From a virus, in IMG/VR virus record IMGVR_UViG_3300027741_000030, positions 32,001 through 96,000 of that record: a stretch of DNA of 64,000 nt; one strand, 5' to 3'. The notes under the pieces are model-generated. The model worked only from the letters and a program-made list of their open reading frames with translations, made no database searches and had not been told where the DNA came from. Shown here one piece after another: positions 8,216 through 17,605 of the stretch; within the stretch, counting starts at the first letter, position 1, and every line of letters begins with the position of its first letter. The translations under genes and the position numbers were made by a program.

Positions 8216-8455
8216 ATGGCTAAATTTGCAAAAGCAGATTTAAACAAAGATGGAAAGGTAACAATGCAAGAACAGATTCTAGCAGCGTTAGCAAGCTACG
8301 GAAGAGCATTTCTTTCAGCAGCGCTAGCCTTATACATGACAGGAAATACAAATCCTAAAGATTTACTACTTGGTGGCATCGCAGCGGTTGCACCCGTAAT
8401 CTTGAAGGCGCTCAACCCAAATGATAAGAGTTTTGGGTTTACTAATAAAGCATAA
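8216..8455 (+). CDS. Holin-like membrane protein with N-terminal EF-hand-like loop
   Basis: Two hydrophobic helices, C-terminal LNPNDKSFG; N-terminal DLNKDGKVTMQE. Confidence 0.6.
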   Translation: MAKFAKADLNKDGKVTMQEQILAALASYGRAFLSAALALYMTGNTNPKDLLLGGIAAVAPVILKALNPNDKSFGFTNKA

Positions 8456-8470
8456 TAATTAGTCAATTAA

Positions 8471-8506
8471 GAATACTCCTGTGCTAAAATTGGTACAGGA
8501 GTATTC
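8471..8506 (+). promoter_or_regulatory. 12-bp inverted repeat enclosing an extended -10 (terminator/promoter overlap)
   Basis: GAATACTCCTGT-GCTAAAATTGGT-ACAGGAGTATTC; TGCTAAAAT at 8482-8490. Confidence 0.55.
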
Positions 8507-8527
8507 CTATTTAGGAGACTATGGCAA

Positions 8528-8875
8528 ATGGCAGGACAAAAGAACTTTGAAGTAGATCAAAATGCAACATTTAGCTTTATACTAGAATATAAAGATGATA
8601 ATGACAACGCAATTGATTTAACTGGTGCATCTGCAAAGATGCAGATTCGTGATACAAAAGGTGGCTCTAAGTTAGCCGTCACCCTAACATCACCATCTGG
8701 TGGAATTACTATTAATGGTCCAACTGGGACACTAAATATTAAAATGACACCTACTCAAACAAATAAACTCTTTTATCCTAAATCATCTTACGATGTAATG
8801 GTTGTCGATTCTAACGGGAACAAAATAAAACTCCTTGAGGGCTTTATGACGCTCAATAGATCGGTAACAGTGTAA
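8528..8875 (+). CDS. Virion beta-sandwich protein (tail-fibre attachment type)
   Basis: DQNATF...IDLTGASAKMQIR...YDV...LLEG pattern common in phage fibre-attachment proteins. Confidence 0.6.
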   Translation: MAGQKNFEVDQNATFSFILEYKDDNDNAIDLTGASAKMQIRDTKGGSKLAVTLTSPSGGITINGPTGTLNIKMTPTQTNKLFYPKSSYDVMVVDSNGNKIKLLEGFMTLNRSVTV

Positions 8876-9315
8876 TGGTTGATTCCGTAATTGTTAGTTC
8901 GCAAAAAAATAAAGTAGTAGTATCCTCCCCTGGACCGCAAGGACCTAGGGGTAAAAGTATTTTAAATGGTACAGGAAACCCATCAAATAATTTTGGCCTA
9001 GAAGGAGATTTCTACTATGACGTTGTAATGTCAAAGTTGTGGGGCCCTAAAAAAACAGATTTGTCTTGGGAAAATGCAACAATAATTACTTTAACATCTA
9101 ACACTCTTACTTATTCTTGGGAAATGGCTCAGGTTACTGGACCAGTACAGGGTATATATTCTGTAGTGATTAATCATAACTTGGGATATAATCCAAACGT
9201 AACAATAAAGTCAAGCGCAGGGGATATACTTGAAACAGGTATAGACTATAACAACACAAATAAATTAACACTGACTATGGCACAGCCATTTTCAGGGACA
9301 GCATATCTGTCATAA
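8875..9315 (+). CDS. Tail-fibre-associated protein with short collagen motif
   Basis: PGPQGPRG, G.P...G.EGDFYYD, INHNLGYNP. Confidence 0.65.
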   Translation: MVDSVIVSSQKNKVVVSSPGPQGPRGKSILNGTGNPSNNFGLEGDFYYDVVMSKLWGPKKTDLSWENATIITLTSNTLTYSWEMAQVTGPVQGIYSVVINHNLGYNPNVTIKSSAGDILETGIDYNNTNKLTLTMAQPFSGTAYLS

Positions 9316-9327
9316 GGGGGAAAGACA

Positions 9328-10299
9328 ATGTCAAAAAAGTTTTTAGTTAGTATTGATCTCAATAAAAATGAGTTACTCAATGCTAGAATTCAAAATTTAG
9401 GATCAGCACCAACTAGTCCAGTATCGGGTCAAGTTTACTACAATACTGGCGATAATATTATGTACTTCTGGAATGGTACAGAGTGGATTTCTACTTCTGG
9501 ATCTTTAGAAGTTATTCAAGATGCTATTGGTCAATATATTGTTGGAGGAACAGGATTAACCTCAACATATAATGACCCAGCAGGATATACAACAATTAAG
9601 CTTAATGATACCTCAGTTACTGCAGGCACATACGGCTCAATTACAAAAGTACCAACATTTACTGTTGACCAGCAAGGACGTTTAACTGCAGCCAGCGAAG
9701 CTAATTTAGTTATACCTCTTAGCACACAAACAACAGGCGATTATGTAGCAACTATAGTCGGAACAGCTGGAAAAGTTACAGTATCTCCAAATAGTGGACA
9801 TAATGCAGCAGTTACAATTGGTTTACCAGATGACGTAACAATTACAAATAACTTGACTGTAGGTGGAGATTTAAATGTAACAGGTAAAGTAAATTCTGTT
9901 AACACCACAACAATCAACGTTCAAGATAATAAAGTAAATCTTAACTCAGCATTTACAGGAAACCCAGTAGCAGATGCTGGAATTAGAGTTGAGCGTGGAG
10001 ACAAGCAAGATGTCGAAATCTTGTGGAAAGAGTCTTCAGAAAAATGGCAATTAACAAATGATGGCGTAAACTATCATTCAATTGCTAGAAAATATGTACA
10101 GGTTCTTGGAAGCCCATCTACAACTTATAATTTAACACACAATTTAAAAACATCTGAGGTTACAGTTCAGGTTTTTCAGTCTGCCAGCCCATTTGCTCAA
10201 GTTGAAGCAGATGTTAATTTAACAGATGAAAATACAGTAACAATTAATTTTGCTGTTGCACCAACAGCAGGAGAATACAAGGTTGTGATTGTAGGCTAA
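9328..10299 (+). CDS. Tail fibre/virion structural protein
   Basis: VTAGTYGS...TFTVDQQGRLTAAS fibre motif; Thr/Gly/Val-rich; THNL C-terminal domain. Confidence 0.7.
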   Translation: MSKKFLVSIDLNKNELLNARIQNLGSAPTSPVSGQVYYNTGDNIMYFWNGTEWISTSGSLEVIQDAIGQYIVGGTGLTSTYNDPAGYTTIKLNDTSVTAGTYGSITKVPTFTVDQQGRLTAASEANLVIPLSTQTTGDYVATIVGTAGKVTVSPNSGHNAAVTIGLPDDVTITNNLTVGGDLNVTGKVNSVNTTTINVQDNKVNLNSAFTGNPVADAGIRVERGDKQDVEILWKESSEKWQLTNDGVNYHSIARKYVQVLGSPSTTYNLTHNLKTSEVTVQVFQSASPFAQVEADVNLTDENTVTINFAVAPTAGEYKVVIVG

Positions 10300-10300
10300 A

Positions 10301-10762
10301 ATGTCAAGAAAAATGAAGGTGTTATTAAATTTACTTACAATGGTAACAGACCCAGACGTAGGGCAAGAAGGTGATGTTTACTTTAACGTAACCTCTAAAA
10401 ATTTAAGAATATTTAATGGTTTTGAATGGATTGAGCTTACACCCCCAAGCACAGATCCCACACCATTTTATAGACACACTCATGCTTATGATGGCGAAGT
10501 CGCAACAATTGATATGCAGAATCCAATAACATTTTTAGAGTATAATGAGATAGAGTCTGCAGCAGTAATTCTTCCAGAAGTTGTTGGAATGGATGGAGGA
10601 GGCCCAGTGGAAACAAATGTTAATCCGTCATGGGAAACCTTAACGCTATTTGATGGCGGCACAGAGCAAGAAGTTTTAGAGAATGATAATCTAATAGATG
10701 AAGGAGGATCCGAAGACATCGTAGGAGGAGATATCTTAGATGGTGGAGGATCACACGAATAA
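10301..10762 (+). CDS. Acidic fibre adaptor with DGG repeats
   Basis: GDVYFN...F.G.EW; repeated MDGG/FDGG/LDGG at C-terminus; precedes Mtd_N fibre. Confidence 0.6.
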   Translation: MSRKMKVLLNLLTMVTDPDVGQEGDVYFNVTSKNLRIFNGFEWIELTPPSTDPTPFYRHTHAYDGEVATIDMQNPITFLEYNEIESAAVILPEVVGMDGGGPVETNVNPSWETLTLFDGGTEQEVLENDNLIDEGGSEDIVGGDILDGGGSHE

Positions 10763-12759
10763 TGACAACTAGAATTCAATTAAGAAGAGATACAGCACAG
10801 AACTGGTCTTTAAATAATCCTATACTTTTATCAGGAGAGCTAGGAATTGAAACAGACACACTAAAAATAAAAATAGGTAACGGTTCAAGATGGAACTCTA
10901 TTTTAAATTATGCGTTTAAAGTTGGTCAGGCCAATGGAATTGCAACACTAGACTCAACAGGCAAAATTCCATCATCTCAAATTCCTACAAATATTAACAT
11001 ATCAGAGTTAATTGATTCTCTTACAACTTCAGATATTGAAGAAGGATCAAATTTATATTTTACAAATTCTAGAGCAGTATCAGCAAACGCTTCTGCAATT
11101 ACAAATGCAATTGCAACAGAGGTTACAAATAGAAATGCTGCTATTGCTACTGCAAAGACTGAAGCCATTACCGCTGCATCAACAGATGCCACAACAAAAG
11201 TTAATTTGGCGCAATCTACAGCAGCTTCAGATGCTACAGTAAAAGCAAATGCTGCAAAAAATGAAGCAATTGCAGCATCTGCAATTGATGCTACTACAAA
11301 AGTTAATTCTGCGTTATCAACAGTTGCATCTAATTTAAATTCAGCAATTTCAGCAGAAGCTTCAAATAGAAACTCAGCAATTTCAACAGCAATTTCAGGA
11401 AGAATAAATACTCTTACAACAAGTAATATTGCTGAAGGAACAAATAAATATTTTACAGATGCTCGTGCAAAAGCAGCAGTAGCCTCTGATATTGCTGATG
11501 CAATTGATGCAATTCAATATGATGCAGGTATAACAGATCTTGCTTCATTTACAACATCTAATTTAGCAGAAGGTTCAAACCTTTATTTTACAAATGCAAG
11601 AGCAATTTCTGCAACAAATAATAAATTTAATGATATTTTAATAGCAATCAATACAGCAACAGATGATTTGTCTTTGACAATTTCAAATGACTATTTATCT
11701 AAGTCTGAAGCTGCCAGCACATATGTAACATCACAAACTTTATCTAATACAGTTTCAGATTATGTTTTAGAAGCAGATAGAAACCAACAGGGTGGATTTG
11801 CAGGTCTTGATAATACAACTAAAGTATTAGATTCAGTAATTCCATCAACAATTGCTAGAGTGTCTTCTCCTACATTTACAGGAACTGTAAATGCATCAAA
11901 CTTAACTATTACAGGAAACCTAACAGTATCTGGAACAACAACAACAGTTAATTCTGAAAATTTATCAATAAATGATCCACTAATAAAGCTTTCACAAAAT
12001 CAATATACCGCAGATGTTATGGACATTGGTATTTATGGTTCATATGGAGCTTCTGGAAATAATGCAGGAAATCACCCACACACTGGGCTTGTCCGTGATG
12101 CATCAGATAAAAAATGGAAGTTAATATCTGGAGCAGCAGAGCCAATATCAAATGAAATAAATTTTGCATCAGTAGTTTATGATACATTAAAAGTTGGAGG
12201 CCTTGAAGTTGGGTCAGTTACCAATACAGAAATTGGATATTTAAGTGGAGTAACAAGCTCAATACAGTCTCAGATATCTTCTAAGGCCCCTGTAGCATCA
12301 CCAACATTTACTGGAACAGTTTCTGGTATTACAAAATCTATGGTTGGACTTGCAAATGTTGATAACACAACAGATGCAAACAAACCAATATCTTCTGCTA
12401 CACAAGCTGCATTGAATGCTAAATTAACATCAGCTCAAGCAGATTTAAAGTATGCAACAATTGAAAATCCTTCATTTATTGGAGTTGTTGATTTTTCATC
12501 AGTAACTGTAACTGGACTTACATTAGGAGATTCCCTTCCAAGCCAGTCTGGAAATTATGGAAAATATTTAACAACAGACGGTTCAACAGCATCTTGGTCA
12601 ACAATAAACCTTGCTAGCTATCTTTCTAAAATAGAGGCCTCTTCAAATTATTTAACAAAAGCAGATGCAGCCAATGCTTATCAGTCTAAGATTACATACG
12701 GAACAACCCAAACACCAACAACTGCTGGCGTGGCTGGCGATATTTATATACAGTACTAG
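10762..12759 (+). CDS. Tail fibre with Mtd N-terminal-like domain (fibre 1)
   Basis: RIQLRRDTAQNW...PILLSGELGIETDT.KIKIGNG; Ala-rich coiled coil; EGSNLYFT repeats; ends GDIYIQY. Confidence 0.85.
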   Translation: MTTRIQLRRDTAQNWSLNNPILLSGELGIETDTLKIKIGNGSRWNSILNYAFKVGQANGIATLDSTGKIPSSQIPTNINISELIDSLTTSDIEEGSNLYFTNSRAVSANASAITNAIATEVTNRNAAIATAKTEAITAASTDATTKVNLAQSTAASDATVKANAAKNEAIAASAIDATTKVNSALSTVASNLNSAISAEASNRNSAISTAISGRINTLTTSNIAEGTNKYFTDARAKAAVASDIADAIDAIQYDAGITDLASFTTSNLAEGSNLYFTNARAISATNNKFNDILIAINTATDDLSLTISNDYLSKSEAASTYVTSQTLSNTVSDYVLEADRNQQGGFAGLDNTTKVLDSVIPSTIARVSSPTFTGTVNASNLTITGNLTVSGTTTTVNSENLSINDPLIKLSQNQYTADVMDIGIYGSYGASGNNAGNHPHTGLVRDASDKKWKLISGAAEPISNEINFASVVYDTLKVGGLEVGSVTNTEIGYLSGVTSSIQSQISSKAPVASPTFTGTVSGITKSMVGLANVDNTTDANKPISSATQAALNAKLTSAQADLKYATIENPSFIGVVDFSSVTVTGLTLGDSLPSQSGNYGKYLTTDGSTASWSTINLASYLSKIEASSNYLTKADAANAYQSKITYGTTQTPTTAGVAGDIYIQY

Positions 12760-12768
12760 GAGGAACAA

Positions 12769-15700
12769 ATGCCATTTAAAATTTTTGACGGCTCCTCTTG
12801 GAATCAATTCAAAAATATAAAAATTAACGACGGTACCTCTTGGCAACCGTATAAAAAAGCATTTGTTCATAATGGTACAGAGTGGAAAGAAATAGTTGTA
12901 CCAATACCAGTAAATACAGCATTACCAGAGCTTTCATGGTCAACAGGCATACCTAACATTGTTAATCAAAATGTATCTATTTCAAATGGTACATGGACAA
13001 ACTCTCCAACATCATATAAATATCAATGGCAAAGTGGTTATTATGCAGTTTCTGGGTCATTAATATGGGAAGATATAGCAGGTGCAACATCTAATTCATA
13101 TTCAATTACTTCAGATCAAATATGCATGTTTATGGTTGGAAGATTGATAAGATGTTCTGTTATAGCTGTAAATGATTCTGGAGAAAGTCTTAAATCTTAT
13201 GGCTCAATGTATCAAACAATTATTGCTCCAGAAACAATGACATCTCTTTCTGCAATTGTTGAATCAAACGGTGTTGTAAAGCTTTCATGGAATAAATCAA
13301 AAGGTGCAAATGGATATTATCTTCAGTATCAAGGTCCAGAAGTTGCATTTACACAAATGGATTTGGGAGATGTAACATCCTACACAATAAATACTGGACT
13401 AGCCTCTGGAACACTTGGAATATTTCTTGCTGCAATAAATACAACTAGCCCATGGAAAACTTATTCAAATTCAAATGTTCAAGGTCAGGGAATGAATGCT
13501 GTTATATATGACCTTAAACCACTTAAGCCAAGAGTTACAGCAACATCTGTTGTTCAAACTACAAATGCTATAACAATAAATTGGACAAATGAACGTTTAA
13601 ATCAAACTTCTTATGAAATTAGAACAATTGCAATAGATGGATCTCCAGTAAATAATGGTCAATATAATTATTTCTTTGAAATGTATGATGGATCTTATAC
13701 AAGTTTTACAACAGATGATATTCCAGGCGGACGTTCTTATACTTATAAAATTATAGTAAACGGAACAGCTCCAGGATTTAACGAAACTTCTTGGGAATCA
13801 AATCCAACTACAACTACACTTCCAATGCCACCTCTTCCATCAATTATTACTGCACCAGTAATAACTAGTAATGGAAGATATTTTGGTTTATCAACAGGCG
13901 CACAATGGACAAATAATCCAGATTCAACTTTATATAGTTGGTTTGCAAATGGACAAGCATTAGGTCAATATGGAGGATCTATAACCTTAGACAGCTCATA
14001 TGATGGACAATCTGTCTATGTTGTTTCTTATGCAACAAATGCAGCAGGAACTTCACAATCACAAAGTAATTCATTAACTTGTTCATCCCCATCTCGTCCA
14101 ACCAATCTGTCTAGCCCAATAATAATTCAATTTAATGGAACTATGACAATTTCAAGTAACGGTACTTGGAATGGTAATCCAACTTCTTATAGATATCAGT
14201 GGTATAGATCACATATAGACACTGGAAGAACTAGTACAGTTGGATCTAATAGCTCCACGTATTCTTATGGATCAAGCACAAATTACGAATATTATGTTCT
14301 AGTTTGGGCAACAAATCAATATGGAGAAAGTTTATATGCTGCAATTTCAAATTCTTTAGTACCTACATCAGGCAATGTAACATACGGAGCATGCGAATCT
14401 TATTCAAATGGAACTGACTACGGCTACGATTGTTCTGGAACTACAAAGATGACCTGGACAAGAACAATACTTGATTATAGAGAGCCTCAACTTTTAAATG
14501 GCCTTGCAAATGGAACATATAGATATGGCTGCTCGGCAAGAACATATGGACAAAAACAATATGGACCAACCTATGCTTGGACATTTAATTCTGCAGATTG
14601 TGGATATCAAGAAACAATTTGTACTACTTGTAATTGGTATATTCCATCAACAGGATACTATAGCAGAAATGATTCAAGTTGTGCGTCTGGAAGAAGATAC
14701 TATAGAACTTGTATAACACCAAGTACTTGCGATAATATTGACGTAGTCGGGGATTGTGTTCCGCAATCAACCGATTGCAATACAGTTGTAAGATATATTC
14801 CAGAAAGTGGATGGGAAACTTCTCCATCTACTTCAGCAACAGGATTTCCAGCCTGTTCTTCAGGATTTAGATATTACAAGGTTGCGGTTAAAAATGAGGG
14901 TTGTTTAAATGAGTTAATTTGGGGAGATTGTACAGCATCAACATGGTATTGTACATTAAACGCAACAGACGATCAAAACTATTGGACTTCAGCAACAGAT
15001 GTTTCTGTAGAAGTATGCGGATCTTATAAGATTGTTTGTTCGACATCTGGATATCCACCTATGCCATCAATTCCAGCCTGTACACCTACACCAACTCCGA
15101 CACCTACACCAACTCCTACCCCAACCCCTACACCTACACCTTTGGATTGCTCTCCCGCAAATGGAAACTGTGGCTCGTCACCGTGTTCTGACTGCAACCC
15201 TGCTCTAAGCGGCCCAAGAGTGGACTCATCGTGCCCTTCAGGTTACAGAAATGTGTGTTGGACTGGCGGTAGTTGTCAAAACACAGGTGATTGTGTACCT
15301 GTTACTCCAACACCAACTCCTACACCAACTCCTACACCAACTCCTACACCAACTCCTACACCAACTCCGACACCTACACCAACTCCGACACCTGCAAGCC
15401 CATGTTGCCAACCTGACGACGGTGGATATTGCACAAATATTGATGGAAATGGATATGGAGATTATTATAATTACCAGTACGATCCTTGCACTGCATCCGC
15501 ATGCCCACCACAATATGTAGGAAGAACTTTCTGTGGAGTTCCAACACCACCATCATTCTTTGCCCCTCCAACATTCTTTAACCCTCCAGACTTCGGAAAC
15601 AACTGTCAAACATGTGTAAGCTATGGAGGTCCTTGCGGAACTTATGGAAACGGAACTTGGTGTATAACACCTGGAGCTTGTCCAAATATTTGTCAAGGAG

Positions 15701-15843
15701 ACTATTATAGCCCTCCAACATTCTTTAACCCTCCAGACTTCTTTAGCCCCCCAGACTTCTGGTACTGGGAACCTCCATTCTTCGGCTGGACACCTCCAGA
15801 CTTCTTTAGCCCTCCAAACTTCTATTCAGAACCGTTTGACTGA
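12769..15843 (+). CDS. Putative fibre-tip adhesin: Trp-rich anchor, Ig/FN3 domains, Cys-rich modules, (PT)n linkers, FFxPP repeats
   Basis: N-terminal DGSSW/DGTSW/NGTEW; NGTW...YQW Ig repeats; C-terminal Cys-rich and PPxFF repeats. Confidence 0.75.
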   Translation: MPFKIFDGSSWNQFKNIKINDGTSWQPYKKAFVHNGTEWKEIVVPIPVNTALPELSWSTGIPNIVNQNVSISNGTWTNSPTSYKYQWQSGYYAVSGSLIWEDIAGATSNSYSITSDQICMFMVGRLIRCSVIAVNDSGESLKSYGSMYQTIIAPETMTSLSAIVESNGVVKLSWNKSKGANGYYLQYQGPEVAFTQMDLGDVTSYTINTGLASGTLGIFLAAINTTSPWKTYSNSNVQGQGMNAVIYDLKPLKPRVTATSVVQTTNAITINWTNERLNQTSYEIRTIAIDGSPVNNGQYNYFFEMYDGSYTSFTTDDIPGGRSYTYKIIVNGTAPGFNETSWESNPTTTTLPMPPLPSIITAPVITSNGRYFGLSTGAQWTNNPDSTLYSWFANGQALGQYGGSITLDSSYDGQSVYVVSYATNAAGTSQSQSNSLTCSSPSRPTNLSSPIIIQFNGTMTISSNGTWNGNPTSYRYQWYRSHIDTGRTSTVGSNSSTYSYGSSTNYEYYVLVWATNQYGESLYAAISNSLVPTSGNVTYGACESYSNGTDYGYDCSGTTKMTWTRTILDYREPQLLNGLANGTYRYGCSARTYGQKQYGPTYAWTFNSADCGYQETICTTCNWYIPSTGYYSRNDSSCASGRRYYRTCITPSTCDNIDVVGDCVPQSTDCNTVVRYIPESGWETSPSTSATGFPACSSGFRYYKVAVKNEGCLNELIWGDCTASTWYCTLNATDDQNYWTSATDVSVEVCGSYKIVCSTSGYPPMPSIPACTPTPTPTPTPTPTPTPTPTPLDCSPANGNCGSSPCSDCNPALSGPRVDSSCPSGYRNVCWTGGSCQNTGDCVPVTPTPTPTPTPTPTPTPTPTPTPTPTPTPTPASPCCQPDDGGYCTNIDGNGYGDYYNYQYDPCTASACPPQYVGRTFCGVPTPPSFFAPPTFFNPPDFGNNCQTCVSYGGPCGTYGNGTWCITPGACPNICQGDYYSPPTFFNPPDFFSPPDFWYWEPPFFGWTPPDFFSPPNFYSEPFD
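15082..15393 (+). repeat. Two (Pro-Thr)n coding tandem repeats
   Basis: ACACCAACTCCT-type 6/12-nt repeats at about 15082-15141 and 15304-15393. Confidence 0.9.
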
Positions 15844-15911
15844 TGATGCTGATATCAGAATGCTTTACATCAAGCGGTGTCCCATGCTCCAAAGCAGGAT
15901 CATGGTGTTAG
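15843..15911 (+). CDS. 22-aa Cys-rich micro-ORF
   Basis: MMLISECFTSSGVPCSKAGSWC; TGATG overlap with the upstream stop. Confidence 0.3.
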   Translation: MMLISECFTSSGVPCSKAGSWC

Positions 15912-15949
15912 TATTGTAAAAATGGTGTCAATATGGTAGAATTAACATT

Positions 15950-16189
15950 ATGAAAATAAATATTTATAAAGATGAAAAAATATTCATATCTGTTTCTGCA
16001 CCAAATGATATGATTGATTTTTTTAAAAATAAAAATAGTATAACTTATACTATAGAGCCAAACATAGAAACAGAGGGAAGACATTTTTTAAAATATGTTT
16101 TTGAAGAAAATATTTTTAATGCTGGAATAAATGACGCAATGGCAGAGGCCATATTAAACGAATATAGATTTGAGTTGATTAATGAATGA
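15950..16189 (+). CDS. Hypothetical protein (leaderless)
   Basis: TTGTAA-N17-TAGAAT ends 7 nt before ATG. Confidence 0.65.
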   Translation: MKINIYKDEKIFISVSAPNDMIDFFKNKNSITYTIEPNIETEGRHFLKYVFEENIFNAGINDAMAEAILNEYRFELINE

Positions 16190-16421
16190 AGAACTTACCC
16201 CCTGGGAAAAATATAAGCAAAATTTAGGTGAAACAAGACCTTGGGATATTGTAAATCCTGCAACAGAGTGGGTAGACGAAGATAAAGCAAAAGAAAGATT
16301 TGCTATTTGTAAAGCTTGTCCAGAACTTATAAAACTAACTACTCAATGCAAGAAGTGTGGCTGTATTATGAAGATAAAAACAAAACTTGAAAAAGCTTCC
16401 TGCCCAATTGGTAAATGGTAA
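16182..16421 (+). CDS. Cys-rich small protein (DUF6171-like)
   Basis: R..IC..C...CKKCGC...K......CP.GKW. Confidence 0.7.
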   Translation: MNEELTPWEKYKQNLGETRPWDIVNPATEWVDEDKAKERFAICKACPELIKLTTQCKKCGCIMKIKTKLEKASCPIGKW

Positions 16422-16957
16422 TGATTATTAAAGAATCTGAAATAATAAAAACAATATTTCCACCACAAGAACTAAAAGAGCTACAAAAGTATGCCATGAA
16501 AATGTGGTCAACGCAACCAAATTACGATAAATCATTTGGAAGACACCAATGGGCAGACACTGAAGAATTAAAGAAATTTCACGAGCTACTAACAGAGTTT
16601 GCAAGAGAGCATTTTGAGTCAGAAACACTCAAACCTTCTTGGTGCCTAATGTCAGTTTACGAGGGCAAAGATGCAAAATTATGGAAACATAAAGATGATA
16701 ACGCTTGCGTTTATCATATAAATCTTTGTGTATTCCAGAAGACTCCCTGGGAATTTTGGGTAGAGGGAAAGCCGTATTTATTAGAAGAAAATGATGCATT
16801 AATGACATATGGAAATGACCTAGAGCACTGGAGAGAAGATTTTCCAGATCCTGATAATAATTTAGTTTGTAATGCTTTCTTTTTCTTTTGTGAGCCAGAT
16901 CATTGGTACTTTACAGAAGGACCAGAATATCTTTACACTAATATTCGTGCAAAATAA
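16415..16957 (+). CDS. 2OG-Fe(II) oxygenase
   Basis: LWKHKDDNAC...YG..LEHWRE (HxD...H). Confidence 0.75.
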   Translation: MVMIIKESEIIKTIFPPQELKELQKYAMKMWSTQPNYDKSFGRHQWADTEELKKFHELLTEFAREHFESETLKPSWCLMSVYEGKDAKLWKHKDDNACVYHINLCVFQKTPWEFWVEGKPYLLEENDALMTYGNDLEHWREDFPDPDNNLVCNAFFFFCEPDHWYFTEGPEYLYTNIRAK

Positions 16958-17016
16958 GTCGGATTATAAAAAATATTAATGTATAATTAATTTATGCAGT
17001 ACCGCCAGGAGGAACA

Positions 17017-17577
17017 ATGGCTACGAATTTTCCAAACGAAAAAGATGTTTTAGCTAATCCAAATCCAACAGATTCTTTATCTGCCCCTTCACATTCACAG
17101 CAACATGCAAACACTAATGATGCTTTAGAGGCAATCCAGGATGCGATTGGTGTAACAAATTCATCAGACTCAAATTCTTTAACATACAAAGTTAATACAC
17201 TATCAACAACAGTTCAAACACTTGCAAACCAGTCCACTGGAATTGAAACACTTCTTGGTATTGAGGGAAACAACGATATAACAATCAATGGTATACAGAA
17301 TAAAACAACCATAGACTCATACTCTGCATCAAGCTACAGAACAGCAAGCTATGCTGTGCAAATAAGCAAGCCTTCAACTGGTGAGCACTATTTTTCAAAT
17401 ATTACAGCTATGCAAGGCACATCAGACATATATGTTTCTGAATCAAACATAGTAACAAACGCAGATTCTCCAATTGCAATCACTGCATTTGAATTATCTG
17501 CTGGTATAATTAATCTAACAGTTACTCCAATATCAGGCGAAGTAAAAGTTAGATATTTTAGAACCGCATTAAAGTAA
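17017..17577 (+). CDS. Virion structural protein
   Basis: MATNFP...D...NP...HSQQHANTNDALEAIQ; C-terminal YRTA domain shared with next gene. Confidence 0.65.
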   Translation: MATNFPNEKDVLANPNPTDSLSAPSHSQQHANTNDALEAIQDAIGVTNSSDSNSLTYKVNTLSTTVQTLANQSTGIETLLGIEGNNDITINGIQNKTTIDSYSASSYRTASYAVQISKPSTGEHYFSNITAMQGTSDIYVSESNIVTNADSPIAITAFELSAGIINLTVTPISGEVKVRYFRTALK

Positions 17578-17605
17578 AAAAAGCAGTACAAGGGAGTCAT
17601 AAATT

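Noticed and set aside
15841-15852. TGA read-through or genetic-code reassignment (TGA TGA TGC TGA)
   Set aside because: All three stops terminate genes normally elsewhere, and conserved genes are uninterrupted under code 11
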